Below, piece after piece: positions 39,165-52,432 of a stretch of 64,000 bases of DNA; the first letter of the stretch is position 1, and the number at the start of each line of letters is the position of its first letter. The notes under the pieces were generated by a model. The model was not told where the DNA came from. It ran no database searches and saw only the letters and a program-made list of their open reading frames with translations. Both the position numbers and the translations under genes were made by a program. This DNA comes from the human T2T-CHM13v2.0 reference genome, Homo sapiens: NCBI RefSeq assembly GCF_009914755.1, contig NC_060929.1. One strand, 5' to 3'.

Positions 39165-39799
39165 TGAATCTTTTGCTGAGGAAGCTGGGTTCACAGAGGC
39201 AAATGGAATCTGCAAACGCAAACATATGCATAGTCATGAACACATGAGCAGACATGAGATTCCATGAGATGTGAGAGAGAGTAGCTGCCTAACAGTGCAT
39301 CAGTTCCAGTGAGATCTCACATGGCCTACTGCAATTGAGACTTTTGAGATGTTCTTAGATCCTTACCCCAAATCTGCTTTAAGCTAGTTTCTGTTCAGCA
39401 ACCAAACTATTCTCAAGACCAACTTTGATACCCAAAGTGCAAACTCTCAGGAGTTCCAAATAGATGAAAATAATCACTTAAAATTTTTTTAAAAATAATA
39501 TCAATAAAAATGGGTTTCATACCTTGACATTACCATGGTTACTTGAAGTTAATGGTGAATATCGTTACCAGTGGTAAGTCCTGCTGGCTGCATTAAAAGA
39601 TACAAGTCCTATACAAAGCGTACAAGTGGAAGCAAATAGATGCTTATTTATAAAGTGATTGAAAGAGGCTTGCTCACGAGGAAGGTGAACACTTCTGCAC
39701 ACAGTTTCCCAGTGTGGTTTCTTTTCAAAACATTATTCACAAATAGTAAAATGTTAATTTTTGTTCTGTTTATATGAAATAATCACAGCTCCTTTCTTC

Positions 39800-40640
39800 T
39801 AATAATAATATAAATATAATAGTAAGTGCCATTTATTATTGGAAGCTGACTGAGTGCCAGGTCCTGAAAGTGTACTATGTCATGAACACTCTAAAGTATT
39901 CTCTGATCAGTATTACTACTGTTCACTCTTAGCAGATGAAGAAACAGATTAAGAGATTTAAATACTAACCTAAGGGAGGGTATGACTAAATCTTATGTTT
40001 GATTGTTAAAAACAATTCATAGTGTGTTTTTGTAAATAAAATTGCTGCTATTAGTTTAAATGTTATGCCATCTCATAGACTAAAAGCTTCTCTAATAAAC
40101 ATGTGGAAATAGCTCTGTGAGTTCTTGGCCTAAACTTACCATATAACCCTGAGCACACCTAATAATTTTTGTGGGTCACCATTCTTTGGGTGTAAAATAA
40201 GAATAATTTTACTAACCTTGCTTAGGTTTTGTGAAGATTAATGAGTTAATCACATCTAGAACACAGTCTGTAATTCTTTGATGACAAGGACATGAAAAAT
40301 GTTCAGTACAATATTAAGACCAAGAAAGAAGGCTGTGTTTATCATGCACAGAGTCCAGTGAATGGGCTGCCATAGGGGTTAGGATTAAGTTCTTTATTTT
40401 TTAATATTACAGATGGGAATAAACTGCACATAATGACCAGAGCCTGCAGAATGGTTAAGTGGCTGGAAGGGGATATATTTATCATTCTGAGTAACAAACC
40501 ACACTGCAGAGTGCTCAGATCCTAACCTGGCCTGTGTCACTTACTAGCAAACTAACACTAGACAAGTTGCTTTACCTTTCTGAACCTTGGATTCTATAGC
40601 TGTAAAATAATAAGAAGAACATCTATTTCACATGACACTT
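39800..40640. mobile_element. Cluster of MIR fragments
   Basis: 'gcagatgaagaaacaga...aacctaagg' (minus), 'gtaaaataagaataat...gttttgtgaagattaatgagttaa' and 'gacaagttgctttacctttctgaacctt...tgtaaaataataag' (plus). Confidence 0.65.
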
Positions 40641-40649
40641 ACTTCATAT

Positions 40650-41445
40650 CCATTCATTATATACCATATATCAGTTACTGTTGGGTGCTTGAGACACAGA
40701 GAGGGACAGAAAAAGTCATTTCCCTAATGAAACTTGCATTCTAAAGAAGAAAACAGACAATACATAATGCAAAAATAAGCAAACAATATATTTTCAGGAA
40801 ATTTTAAAGACTACAAGAGAAATAAGGCAAGATAAGGGGATGGAAGAATGATGTGGGGTAGGACATAGAACTTACATATGATCATAGTGGCCTGAATGAT
40901 ACAAAGAGGAGCCATATGAGGACCTGGTGATGGACCATTTCGGACAGAGGAGACATGGGAAAGGCTCTGAGGCAGGCAGGAACTTGGCATGTTTGTGGAA
41001 AAGCAAAATGGCTAGTGTAGTCAGAGCAGCATGTGAGAGGGAAATTCTGGAAGCTGAACGTATAGCGGTGGCTAAGAGCCCTATTGCATAGGGCCTTCTG
41101 CTCCTCATAAAGTCTTACTGTTTTATTATAGGTGTTGTTAGAAGCCCTTCATAGGTTTTAACACAAGAATGAAGGTTTATCAAGATCTGTCTGGTTGCTG
41201 GGTTGAGAACAGACACAGGAGAACAAGAATGAAAACAGAGAAACCTGTACTGAATTGCTGTAGTGATTCAAATGAGGTATGATAGTGAATTGGACTGGGA
41301 AGCAGTTAGAGGAGGTAAAAGGTAACTTTAAGACATGGAGGGTACTTTGAAGGTTGAGTAGACAGTTTGTTCTGAGGGATTGTAAAGAGTGGAGTGAAAG
41401 AGAAAGAGAAATCCAGTACAGTGCTTAGGGTTTTTGTCTTGGGCC
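40650..41445 (-). mobile_element. L2 LINE fragment
   Basis: 'aaacttgcattcta...aacagacaat', 'gaaaggctctgaggcaggcaggaacttggcatgtttgtggaaaagcaaaatggctagtgtag', 'tctggttgctgggttgagaacagac'. Confidence 0.8.
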
Positions 41446-41974
41446 TACGAGGAAACTATAGCTTAAAATAAATACATGTAAAAGTTTACCAATGTCAAAA
41501 CAAATAAGAAGCCATGCCAAATTCTCAATATAAGGCAAGCATGACAAAAGAAGACCCATGCTGGTAAAAATGCAAGTACTGGAGTGCTTGGGGGATCATA
41601 CAAAGCAACTTGAATTCTTCCAAACACATAGGTACACCATAGCAATCATTTGTAAGAATCGATTAAAGGATGGAGATGCTAATTATGTAACATGAAAAAC
41701 ACTTCAGCCATATAAAACTTTCTTATAGTTTGTACCCTGAATTGTTAAATTGAAGTTGAGACTTCAAAACAAATAAAAGAACATATTTGTAAAGATTAGA
41801 TAGGGAGAAAATTGAAAAACAAAGAAAGAAAGTTTGAACTCTCAACTAATAACCTGGTTTATAAAATATCATTTATTCTATAGCTGGTAGATGTCATATC
41901 GACATCTGCTAACTGGCAGAATGCATTCAGATGTCTGTAGTTTTTAACGTCTAGTGCAAAAGACCATACATGAT

Positions 41975-42222
41975 TTTATATATGTACATATATGTACATC
42001 AATATATGTAGATTATATATGCATATATTTATATATGTATATTATATATGTATATATTTATATATTTATTCATATTATTTATTCATATTATATAATTATA
42101 TATTTATTTATATTTATTTATTCATATTATATATTTATTTTATATATTTATTATATATTAATTCATATATATGCATATATTTATGCATATATAATATATG
42201 AATATGTATATATAATATATAT
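41975..42222. repeat. Degenerate (TA)n-rich low-complexity tract
   Basis: Direct reading. Confidence 0.9.
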
Positions 42223-42334
42223 GAATGAAAAGGACAGCATAAGTCATGGATATATAAAATATATATTATATATATACACGTATAATCTTATATCTGTAGT
42301 TTTTGATACCTAGTTCAAAGGACCATGCATGATT

Positions 42335-43210
42335 TTATATATATATATGAATGAATGAGTGTATGTATATATAACATATAACATATGTTATATGTTATAT
42401 ATAACATATACATATGTATATGTAATATATAACATATAACATATGTATATGTATATATAACATATAACATATGTATATGTATATATAACATATAAATATG
42501 TATATGTATATATAACATATAACATATGTATATGTATATATAACATATAAATATGTATATGTATATATAACATATAAATATGTATATGTATATATAACAT
42601 ATGACATATGTATATGTATATATAACATATGACATATGTATATGTATATATAACATATGACATATGTATATGTATATATAACATATGACATATGTATATG
42701 TATATATAACATATGACATATGTATATGTATATATAACATATGACATATGTATATGTATATATAACATATGACATATGTATATGTATATATAACATATGA
42801 CATATGTATATGTATATATAACATATGACATATGTATATGTATATATAACATATGACATATGTATATGTGTATATATAACATATGACATATGTATATGTG
42901 TATATATAACATATGACATATGTATATGTGTATATATAACATAACATATGTATATGTATATATATAACATATTGAGTGTGTGTGTATGTGTATATATATG
43001 TATATATATACATATATACATGTATATACATATATACATGTATATACATATATGTGTATATATACATGTATATACGTATACATGTATATATATACATATA
43101 TACGTATATACATATATATACATGTATACGTATGTATATGTATATGTATACATGTATACATATATATACGTATATATGTATATATATACATGTATATACA
43201 TATATATGTA
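42335..43210. repeat. (TA)-derived compound minisatellite: 28/30-bp unit atgacatatgtatatg(tg)tatatataacat, followed by a (TA/TACA)n tract
   Basis: 'atgac' recurs every 28 bp from 42601 to 42853, then every 30 bp (42883, 42913). Confidence 0.95.
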
Positions 43211-43375
43211 TGAATGAGAAGGCCAGCAAATCGCAACTGAGCAGTAGAGTTGGATTTAATCACAGGCATACAAAAGAATTAATATAGTGAGCAAGTGCAT
43301 ATTTGCAATGCAATCAGAAAACAAATTCCCACACTGAAAATAAACAAACAGAGAGAGACAAGAAAGACAGATGCA

Positions 43376-43480
43376 TACACACACACACACACACACACAC
43401 AGAGAGAAGAAAAAAGAAGGGAAGAAGGGAGAGTGAGAAGGAGAAAGGAAGGAAGGAAGAAAGGGAGAGAGGGAGGAAAA
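43376..43480. repeat. (CA)n microsatellite followed by a GA-rich tract
   Basis: Direct reading. Confidence 0.9.
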
Positions 43481-45334
43481 CACAACTTTGGTTTATAAAC
43501 ACAAAAATGATTTTTAATGGATAAGAATGCTAGTCTCTCTCTTTACATAAAAACATCTGAAACATACTCCTTTGCTTTTGAGATAGCATGATAATCAGGA
43601 AGATACAGTTCAGCAGGAAAAAGATTAAGAGAAACTAAGAGTAGTACATAAAGTGAAGAAGGAACATATCCACGGAGAATTGGCTTCTGTCTCAAAAATT
43701 TTCCCAAGTTGTACAGATGAGTCAGAACTATAAATTTAATAGTTCAGTAAATTCCAGAACAATGTGAAAATTATACACAGACATGAAAGTAGATGGTGAA
43801 CAGCAATCCTGCAACACATGCAAGCAGATGAACAGATAGAAGATCTAGCTAGAGTGTGGGAATAAATTTGCATGAAGTATGAACGTTGAAGAGTTTTTCT
43901 TCAATATGATTATTGTGTGTGCCTCGACAAATGATTTACTAGTCTCTCATGATTTGATGTGCCATTATGGATAAAGATATTTACAGATAATTTACATCTC
44001 TTATGGAAATAATTTCCCTTCTAGTACTTGTGAGTGGGAGCAATATTTGTAAATAACAACAATTAAATATTGAAAGCTATCATTTCTTTTTCCTGAAAAT
44101 TTAGGACTAAAATTCTATAAATGTCCTCTTATGATAGAAAAATTAGAGTTCTTCATATTATAAATTAAATATTGAGGTTACATGGTAGATAACAATCATA
44201 AATTCTGGCTCCCATCTTGGCTTTTTACTTCTGCTTTAAGAATACAGAATTAGTGAACATTCTCGAGTGAGTGACATGGAAGTGATACTTTATCATAAAA
44301 ATGCTTTATTTATTGTATACACTATTAGAAACTTTGTTATTTATTTTTATTAAAATGTTCTTTCTTTGGTTATTTCCAAGAGCCAACATATCTATTACAT
44401 TTTTACATTTGGGTTAAGGACCCCTATAGTCGGCTGAGGGTCCATTCTTCCAATGTAAGTGATTCTTATAAATGGAAATGGAAGTTTAGTGTGTGCAAAA
44501 GATGTGAAAAATAATATTGCTTCTATGTGCTATACCTACATTTTAACTTTTACTCAACTGAGTGTGTATTTCTGATTCTTCCATTGAGGACATTTTATAA
44601 CAATCAAAGAATATGAGCAAGCTATAATTGTATATATTCTTTCTTAGAGATAGTCCTGGTTCAGTGTAAGCTGGAAGCTGGTGTTCATTTATATAGATAG
44701 TTTATATGGAGGGCATGGGATAGATATGTGAGAAGAATGTTTTCTGAAGATATTGTTTGAGGCAAAATAAAAGGTGGGAGTGGAAGACAGACAGAAATAG
44801 AAGGAACAGCATGTACTCCAAGCCTGGATTCTGGGACTTGTTTGACTGTACCAGGAAGAGAGGCATTTTCACCATTTCCATAAGAGCCAGTGTGACTCAG
44901 GTTCAGCAAAGAATTGAGGGAACGTAGCAAAGTTTTGTGACTCCTAACCTTCATGCTTTGCTTTGGGTAAAAATGGGCAAAGTATGCCCTGGGAAAGGTA
45001 GTGTTATTCTTGGGGAATCCATGGTAAGCAAGGAGACCATGACAAGGTACAAGGGAAGAAAGACCTTGGCAGGAAAGAAGGAGCAGCACTGGGAGGAAAC
45101 AGAATCCAGGCATTATTGTCGCATAAACTAGTTATTCAGCACCTCCCATGTGCCCAGTGATAAACTAGGGACAAGAGATAAAGCAATGAATACAACATAT
45201 TAAATGTATGCTCTGAAAGGGTTTATCTCTCCATAAAGGGAGAAGGAATACAGATAAATAAAATGTGTACATACAATATAACATAAAAGTATAAAGAGAG
45301 GACTGTGTATTCTTTGATAACATAGAAGGAGCAA

Positions 45335-45758
45335 GTAGTGTTGGCAAGGATGTGGAGAAAAGGGAACCCTTATACACTGTGAGACTATTAATTGGTACAG
45401 CCATTAGGGAAAGTAGTATTAAGGTTCTTCAAAAAATTAAAAAAAGAGCCACTACATGATCCAGCAATCCCACTCCTGGGTACGTATCCAAAGCAAATAA
45501 CATCACTATCTCAAGATATGTGCACTTCCACATTCACTGCAGCATTATTCACAGTAGCCAAGATATGGAACCCATCTAAGTGTCTGTCAACAGATGAATG
45601 AATAAAAATGGAAAACTATTAAATCTTTAAAAAGAAGGAATTCCTATCATTTGCATTAACATGGATGAACCTAGAAGGCATTATGCTACGTTAAATAAGC
45701 AGGCACAGAAAGCAAATACTGTATGATCTCACACATATGTCGAATCTAAAGAATCAAA
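45335..45758 (+). mobile_element. L1MA/L1MB ORF2 3' / 3'UTR fragment inserted in an L2 (minus-strand L2 pieces at ~45120-45330 and ~45760-46430)
   Basis: 'gttggcaaggatgtggagaaaagggaaccctt', 'atgatccagcaatcccactcctggg', 'acatggatgaacctagaaggcattatgcta'. Confidence 0.85.
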
Positions 45759-46688
45759 GTTGAGAACAGAGAAGGAGTCAGGTGCTGGATCACAAAGCTG
45801 GACAAAGCTTAATAAGGAGGTTGCCTTTATCCACAGGAGAATTAGAAGCCGTTGAATGGTTTTAATGAAAAGAGATGAATTGGTTAGATTTGTATTTTAG
45901 AAAGACAACTCTGAATGCAGTTTTGAGAATGTTTTGTGGGGAGGTTAAAAGCAAGAAATCAGGATACAGGATGCTTTAATAAGAGTATAGGAGCAAAATG
46001 ATGATTCATAAATACTCATGTAACACAAGGAGTCTCACTGAGACTGGATAACCCAGCACCACAGCCACAAGATGCTGGGAGCCACTTCTGCCACTGTCAG
46101 TGCTGGAATGACTTCTATTCCATCTCCTGCTTCTGTGGGTCACTCATTCCAGACTCAGAGGCCCTTGGTTTCTGCCCATTTTTGAAGCTTGTTTCTTCAG
46201 CCTTCTTATTGACAATGATATTGGAGATTGAGATGAAGAGGAATGAGTAGATTTGAGATAATAGCAAGTGGAGTGAGCATGACTTGGTAATTAGATGGTA
46301 GGGAGGAAGAAGAGAAAAAAAAATAAAAGAAAAAGAGGCAGGTTTGGTGTGGCAACTCTGGTTTTGGGCCATGTCAGTGAGTTAAGCATGGAAGGTTTGA
46401 GGAAATGCATAGTTGGTTTGGGACACTATAGTCAACCTTCATCATTTCTTTTATCTATCATCTGAATACAAATTAGAGGGGAATCTCTAGATGGAAAGAA
46501 AACATAGGAGCAAAGGGGAGCAGATATTCTTTCTCTCAGTTGCTCGTCAGCTAGAGCCTAGGTGAATGACTTGAACTCAGCCGATTGGATGCTGCCCCTG
46601 AATCTGGAATTACAGATTATTTGACAGTGTCGAATCCTGGAAGATGTCAAGATATATTAGGATTGAAATGTGGCACTTGCTTTTAAAA

Positions 46689-46872
46689 CAGTGTCTCAAC
46701 CTCAGCACATTTTGGACTCGGTAATTCTTTATTTTGAGGAACTGTTCTGTCCATTGTGGGATGTTTAGCAGCTTCCTTGGCCTCTACCCACTAGATGCCA
46801 GTAGTATGCCTCGGTTGTGACAAAATGTCTTCAGCCATTGCCAAATGTCTCAGGGGAAAAAAAAAATCCCTG
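46689..46872. mobile_element. MER20 hAT DNA transposon
   Basis: 'cagtgtctcaacctcagcac...gatgtttagcagcttccttggcctctacccactagatgccagtag...cattgccaaatgtc'. Confidence 0.9.
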
Positions 46873-47494
46873 ATTATTTGTTTGGCAAGAGTAGTTCCAG
46901 TGGCACAATTGAGATGGAAGCCAGACAGCAGTAAGCTTAGGAGTGAGGTAGAGAAGAGGGCAACCCTATGGTTACTGCAGATTACTCTTTAAAACTGTTA
47001 GATGAAAAGTACAGCTGAGCTATAGAATGGTAGCTTGAAGGGAGAAGAAACATAAGCATGCTTAAATGTGAATGAGGAAGCCAACACACGAGGAGAAGGA
47101 TGCAGAAGAGGGGATAATTCATACTTCAATGGCCCTAAAAAGATGAGAGGTGCTGCACACTAATAAATGCTACTCAAGTCAGGTCCAAGAACTGGTCTTG
47201 ATTCATCAACTGTTACTGATTTGTGAGGTGAGGTACAGAAATTGAAAATAAGCATTCAGAAACTTTTATACTAATTTTACACAGTCATTTTGTATTAGTT
47301 GAATCTAATAAAAATGTCAGCTTGTATTGATTGAGAATTTTAAAATTTTTGGTTGTTTAAAGATAATTTGAGGAACACTGCTCTAAAGTGCAGGTAGAAA
47401 GATTACACTCACATAAGAGTGACAAATACTTCATTCTAAGCCAGGAGAAGGAGAAAAGGGCAGTACAAGAAAAAGAAAGTAGTATTAGTTTCCT

Positions 47495-47700
47495 TTTTAT
47501 TTTTTTAAATAAAGACATAATAATTGTAAATATTTTGGAGTAAAGTGAGATGTTTTGATACATATATACATTGTGGGATGATCAAATCCAGGTATTTAGC
47601 ATTTTTAAAATTGCAAACACTCATTTCTTTGTGGTAAGAACAAAATCCTCTCATAGCTATTTTAAAGTGTAGCATGCAATCTTGTTAACTTTACTCACCC
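47495..47700 (-). mobile_element. L1MA 3' end
   Basis: 'ataataattgtaaatattttggagta...gatacatatatacattgtgggatgatcaaatccaggtatttagcat'. Confidence 0.8.
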
Positions 47701-48567
47701 TTCTTCTGTCTCTATTTTCTTTGCAAAGTCAGACAAAATATCATCCACTAAAAGTTAGATGGGAAGTGGTTGATTCAATGGTTTAAGAAAATGGAGCACG
47801 GAAAAATATGCTGTGAGGTATGGGAGAGTGTCCTGACCAGAGGAACATAGAAAAGTGTCTGGTTATTGAAAACTCATGAGTGGTCAGATCTATGCATTTC
47901 CATTGCTGCCAAACAAGATGCCGGGGAAGATTTCCAGAAATAGTTTGGGGAAATGTTTGTAGGGTGGGATGCCATGTGTGAGCAAGTGGGAGACAATGTG
48001 CCCAAAATATTTGGTGAATACACGCTAAGGTAACATTAGTTCATAACAGGCTGGTAAGGAGGGGGAAATTTTTAAAGATTATTTTAAATATTTATACTTA
48101 AACATATTACACATCAGATTAGTGGATGGTATTCAAATGTTTTATTTTATCAAGCCTTCTGAGAAAGCCATTTTAGACACATTTATAATGTAAAAACTGA
48201 AGTCTGAGAGATTAAGTCTTCTTGTAATCATGTAGTAAACTAGAGTAAAATTGGGGCCAGATTTCAATTTCTGATTCCCTATCTTTGACTCTTTTTTAAC
48301 TCTATAAAAGCATTGAAAAAGACATGTAAAAACTCCCATTATACTGTAACAAAATAAAGACACGTGTTCTTTTCAATAAGAGAGAGTTTCTGGGATGTCT
48401 GTGAGTTTTATCAGAATGTTTTTTTTTTCAGATTGCTCATTTTGTCTAGTGTTTCAAATACAAAAGTCCACCTGTGAATCAGCTTTAGAATATTAAGTTC
48501 ATTGTCTTCTAAGAATGCAGTTTTACAATAGATTTGACTGCTATTCTTCTCGTGTACAGTCAGAAGT

Positions 48568-48670
48568 ACATAATAATGATAATAACACCTTACGTTTATG
48601 TACTGCTTCACAGTTTCCGAAGTGCTTTCATGTACATTATCTTATATGAGCTTCGTAATAGTTCAGTGAA
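48568..48670 (-). mobile_element. MIR fragment
   Basis: 'ataataacaccttacgtttatgtactgcttcacagttt...gtgctttcatgtacattatctta'. Confidence 0.65.
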
Positions 48671-51600
48671 TATATTTATTGGTGCTTTGTTTTATTCATG
48701 ACTGACATATTGACATTAGTCATACATATTCTGTTTATTCAGATGGTTAGCTATACAAAGCTTTAATCAGACAAACAGAAAGATACAGAGCAAAGAGCAC
48801 TAAAATGTTATTTATAATTCTGAATTGCTTAGTTTCCTTTTTTTATTTGGTTAAATCATCAAAAATGTGCCTTTAACCTATTTAGGAATAGCAGTATTTA
48901 AATATATAATCTTTATATCTAGTCAGTGCGCTCCAGATCATTAACAGGGTAATGAATGAGTATTTTAAAATTGCAAGCTATTTTAAGGTATTATTTGTGA
49001 ATTTGTAACAGTAAGTATTTTAATAAGATTGAAAAATCTAAGAAAAATATATTTTGAAATTTTGTTTCTCATTATATAGAAAATCCATATTTATTTAGAA
49101 ATTTAAAGGAATATAGAATTTAATTAAATGATTGCCTTTTAATATTAGTTACACTACACAAAGATGTTTCATTTGCATTAAAAAGGTGTACAATAATATG
49201 CTATAACTCTAAAGTTATTCACAATTTATTCTTTCTTTAAAAATCCAGAAAAAAATAGGGTATCTTGAAAAATAACAGAATATACCAATTTAAAGTTACT
49301 CTGTTTTAATTTTTAGGGTATTTAAATATTTATTTTACATAGAAATTAACTTACTAATTTTTCTCCCTTTCTAAAAATTATAGATTTATACTAACAGTTT
49401 AAAGAGAAAGTTTTGGATGTATTTATTTATTTATTTTTATCTCATATTTCAGAGGAAAATATTTTTGAGCAGAGTAAACTAAAAATAAAAATCAAATCAA
49501 TCTCCACATTTCCTTTATTTATTGATGTGTGTGTTATATAGTGTGGTCTCATGGTATTTGCATGACATGTGCAGTATTGAAAAATGGCTAACAAGTACAA
49601 TGAGAGATGTTGATTTGTCATCAAAATATATCTTTCATATTTGTCACACTGAATATTGTTGCCTATACTCTTAGGCTGTTTTAGAAAGTTATTCTTTCTG
49701 TAGAACAGTATGAAAAGTAGAAACACCACTTTTTAAAAAATTGCCTATACATTCTAAATTTTTTTAATTATTAAATTATTTAGACCTCTATCAAAATTGT
49801 ATTCCAAAATATTATATTATAAAATTAACTCTAGTAAATTGTAGATATATTGGAATAATATTAAACAGAATTTGACACTTTTGGAAATCAGTTGCTTGTG
49901 ATTGTATCTCATTAATAGGACAATGTATACATTATTTTGCCATTTTGAATTTATTATCAGCGTGGAAAAGAGCTAAATTTTAGTCATTAGTAAAATAGAA
50001 AAGCTTTTGATAATCTCTTAGCATCATGCTAATTAGGTTTACTATCCTAGAAAATATATCAACTGAAGGCTGTAGCTAGGCAGCTTAATATCTGCCCCTC
50101 AAAATTTGATAGAATAGATATAATAGGTGTCACGAGGCATAACTAATCACCTAATGTAAAAAAACAAATAATGAACTATGTTGTAAATATTCTGAATATA
50201 CTCTAATTGCTTCTTCCTAACCAAATTCACATTATTATAGAAAATTATAATACATTTGGATAAAATTCCGTAATATATTTCAATTGTACTCATCAACACA
50301 TTTAGTGAGACATTCTTTTATTATACTTTAAAATTCACATAAATTAATAGGAGTTTTTAAAGAGATTGTGAAAAGTGACAGCACTGTGGAAACATACAAT
50401 TACACTAAATTTTTATCTTTCCTTTGACAACAAATCTCTCTTGAATCCATTTAGGATTTTAAAACAATCTATCACCTATCTTTGACCATATGGACTAAAA
50501 TTGATATCCACCAATAGACACTGATGCCTGCAAGTCAACAGCATAAAGAGTGGTAAAGTCAGTGCTGCAAAAGATGAAATGTTTTTAATGTGGTAAGTAG
50601 ACAAAACTGTTACTGCTTTGTGGGTAATACATATAAAATATAACACTGAGTATTTGAGAAATATATAGATGAGAAAAGTTAGCTACCACCTTTTGTTCTC
50701 ATTCTTTTATTTAAGCTTTTGCAAAAGGAATAATCCTGTATATTTATATATGTTAATCAAGAGACCACCTTTAAACATCTGGCCAATGTCAAAATTTAAA
50801 CAATGCAACAATTATTTTGGGGACAAAATTGATTCCATTTCTGTTCTGTTACTTATTGTACTAGCTATAAAAGAACAGATGTTTGACATATATAAATTTA
50901 TTTTAATAGTTTCATTAGGTCTTTATCTGCAGTTTGTCAGTGTGGCTCTACAGATATATTCAACCATCTGTTCCTTGGACCTGTGTTTCATGTAACTTAC
51001 AGGAGTGTATTAATTTTATTGGATCAGTCATTAATCAATCAGAAGTTTGTTTGCCCTGCAGTGTTCCCAAAAGACAGACTTCATCAGAAAAAAAAAAAGA
51101 CACTCACTAGCTTGTTAAATAACCTTTTCATTTTTAATGTAATTTCTCCTATGTAGTTAACAGTCACAGATTTTGAAAAAGCATATTACAGAAGACTTTT
51201 TGGTTTCGAAACCAAAATTCATTTACCTCAGAGCTTCCATGAGCATTACTCAGAAATATCCATAGACAGTATTTTTAAGAATTTGTTTTTTTTCTGACAA
51301 AAGGAGTGATACAAATTTACATCTATGTTATCACTTTTGCATCTGCTTTTGAAATGATACATTGTGAAACATTTTTAGAATACTATGAATTTGTGACTGG
51401 AAAAATTTAAATGTTTGAGATGGTGATGTTTGCCATAAAGGCTCATAATCTCAGTTCCGCAGACTGACAGAGGAGCCACCATCAGAAACAGACACAGCAT
51501 CAGCCCCCTCAGTAACTGGGTTATTGCCCAGAACTAGGTAAAATTGATCCTATCTTTCAAAAATTCATTTCCAACACTTAGAGAATTACCTTAGGATGGC

Positions 51601-52120
51601 AGTCCCTTTTCTTGTGTAGCTCATATATCTCTGTATCCTTCAGCCTTCTGAGGTTGCTCTTTGCTTCATTGTTCTAACATGCTGCCTTGTATCTCCCGGC
51701 CTCATGCTGTAGAAAGTCTCATCTGATATTTTAGTGTTTCCTAGAGTTTCATCTCTACTGGGTCAGTCTAATCTGACTTGCTTCCTACCTGTTATTACTT
51801 CTGCCCCTTAAGATGCTAATTGTTTTGTGTGTTTCTTCAAATCAGTCAGAATGCTCTTCAGATACTTTTATTCTCACAAAGTTTTACTAATACTAAGTTA
51901 TTTTTTTAAATCAACTTTTCCTAAAGCTCGGTTTGAGAGTAACAGAAGAGGATTACAAGCAATAATATACAGTGGAATATTAAATATTACCACCCTAAAA
52001 TGCAATCCAAAACTTCTGGAAATTTCTACTCTTAAGCCCTAACTCTTACTTAGGCATTTTCTTGAGTTTGTAAATATCTTTCTCTCCAGAAATCCCTCCT
52101 CCAAGTGCTAAAATCCCATT

Positions 52121-52432
52121 TCTTTTTTTTTTTTTTAATTTATTTTTTGAGATGGAGTTTCACTCTTGTCGCCCAGGCTGGAGTTCAATGCTGCTATCTT
52201 GGCTCACTGCAATCTCCACCTCCCCGGGTTCAAGTGATTCTCCTGCCTTAGCTTCCTGAGCAGCTAGGATTACAAGTGTGTGCCACAACGCCTGGCTAAT
52301 GTTTATATTTTTAGTAGAGATGGGGTTTCACCATGTTGGCCACGCTGGTCTTGAACTCCTGACCTCAGGTGATCCACCCACCTAGGCATCCCAAAGTGCT
52401 GGGATTACAGGCGTGAGCCACCACTCCTGGCC
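52121..52432 (-). mobile_element. AluS (Sq/Sp-like)
   Basis: 'gagtttcactcttgtcgcccagg'; TSD cccatttcttt (52115-52125 / 52433-52443). Confidence 0.95.

Noticed and set aside
42601-42940. Regular 28-30-bp repeats superficially like a CRISPR array
   Set aside because: Head-to-tail units without unique spacers, no cas genes, and a primate genomic context.
41954-43287. Long Y/I/H/M/C-rich ORFs of up to 304 aa on both strands
   Set aside because: Translations of the (TA)n/minisatellite tract, open in several frames because the repeat lacks stops.
44685-45113. 142-aa minus-strand ORF
   Set aside because: Partly overlaps L2-like sequence; no recognisable protein family or codon bias.
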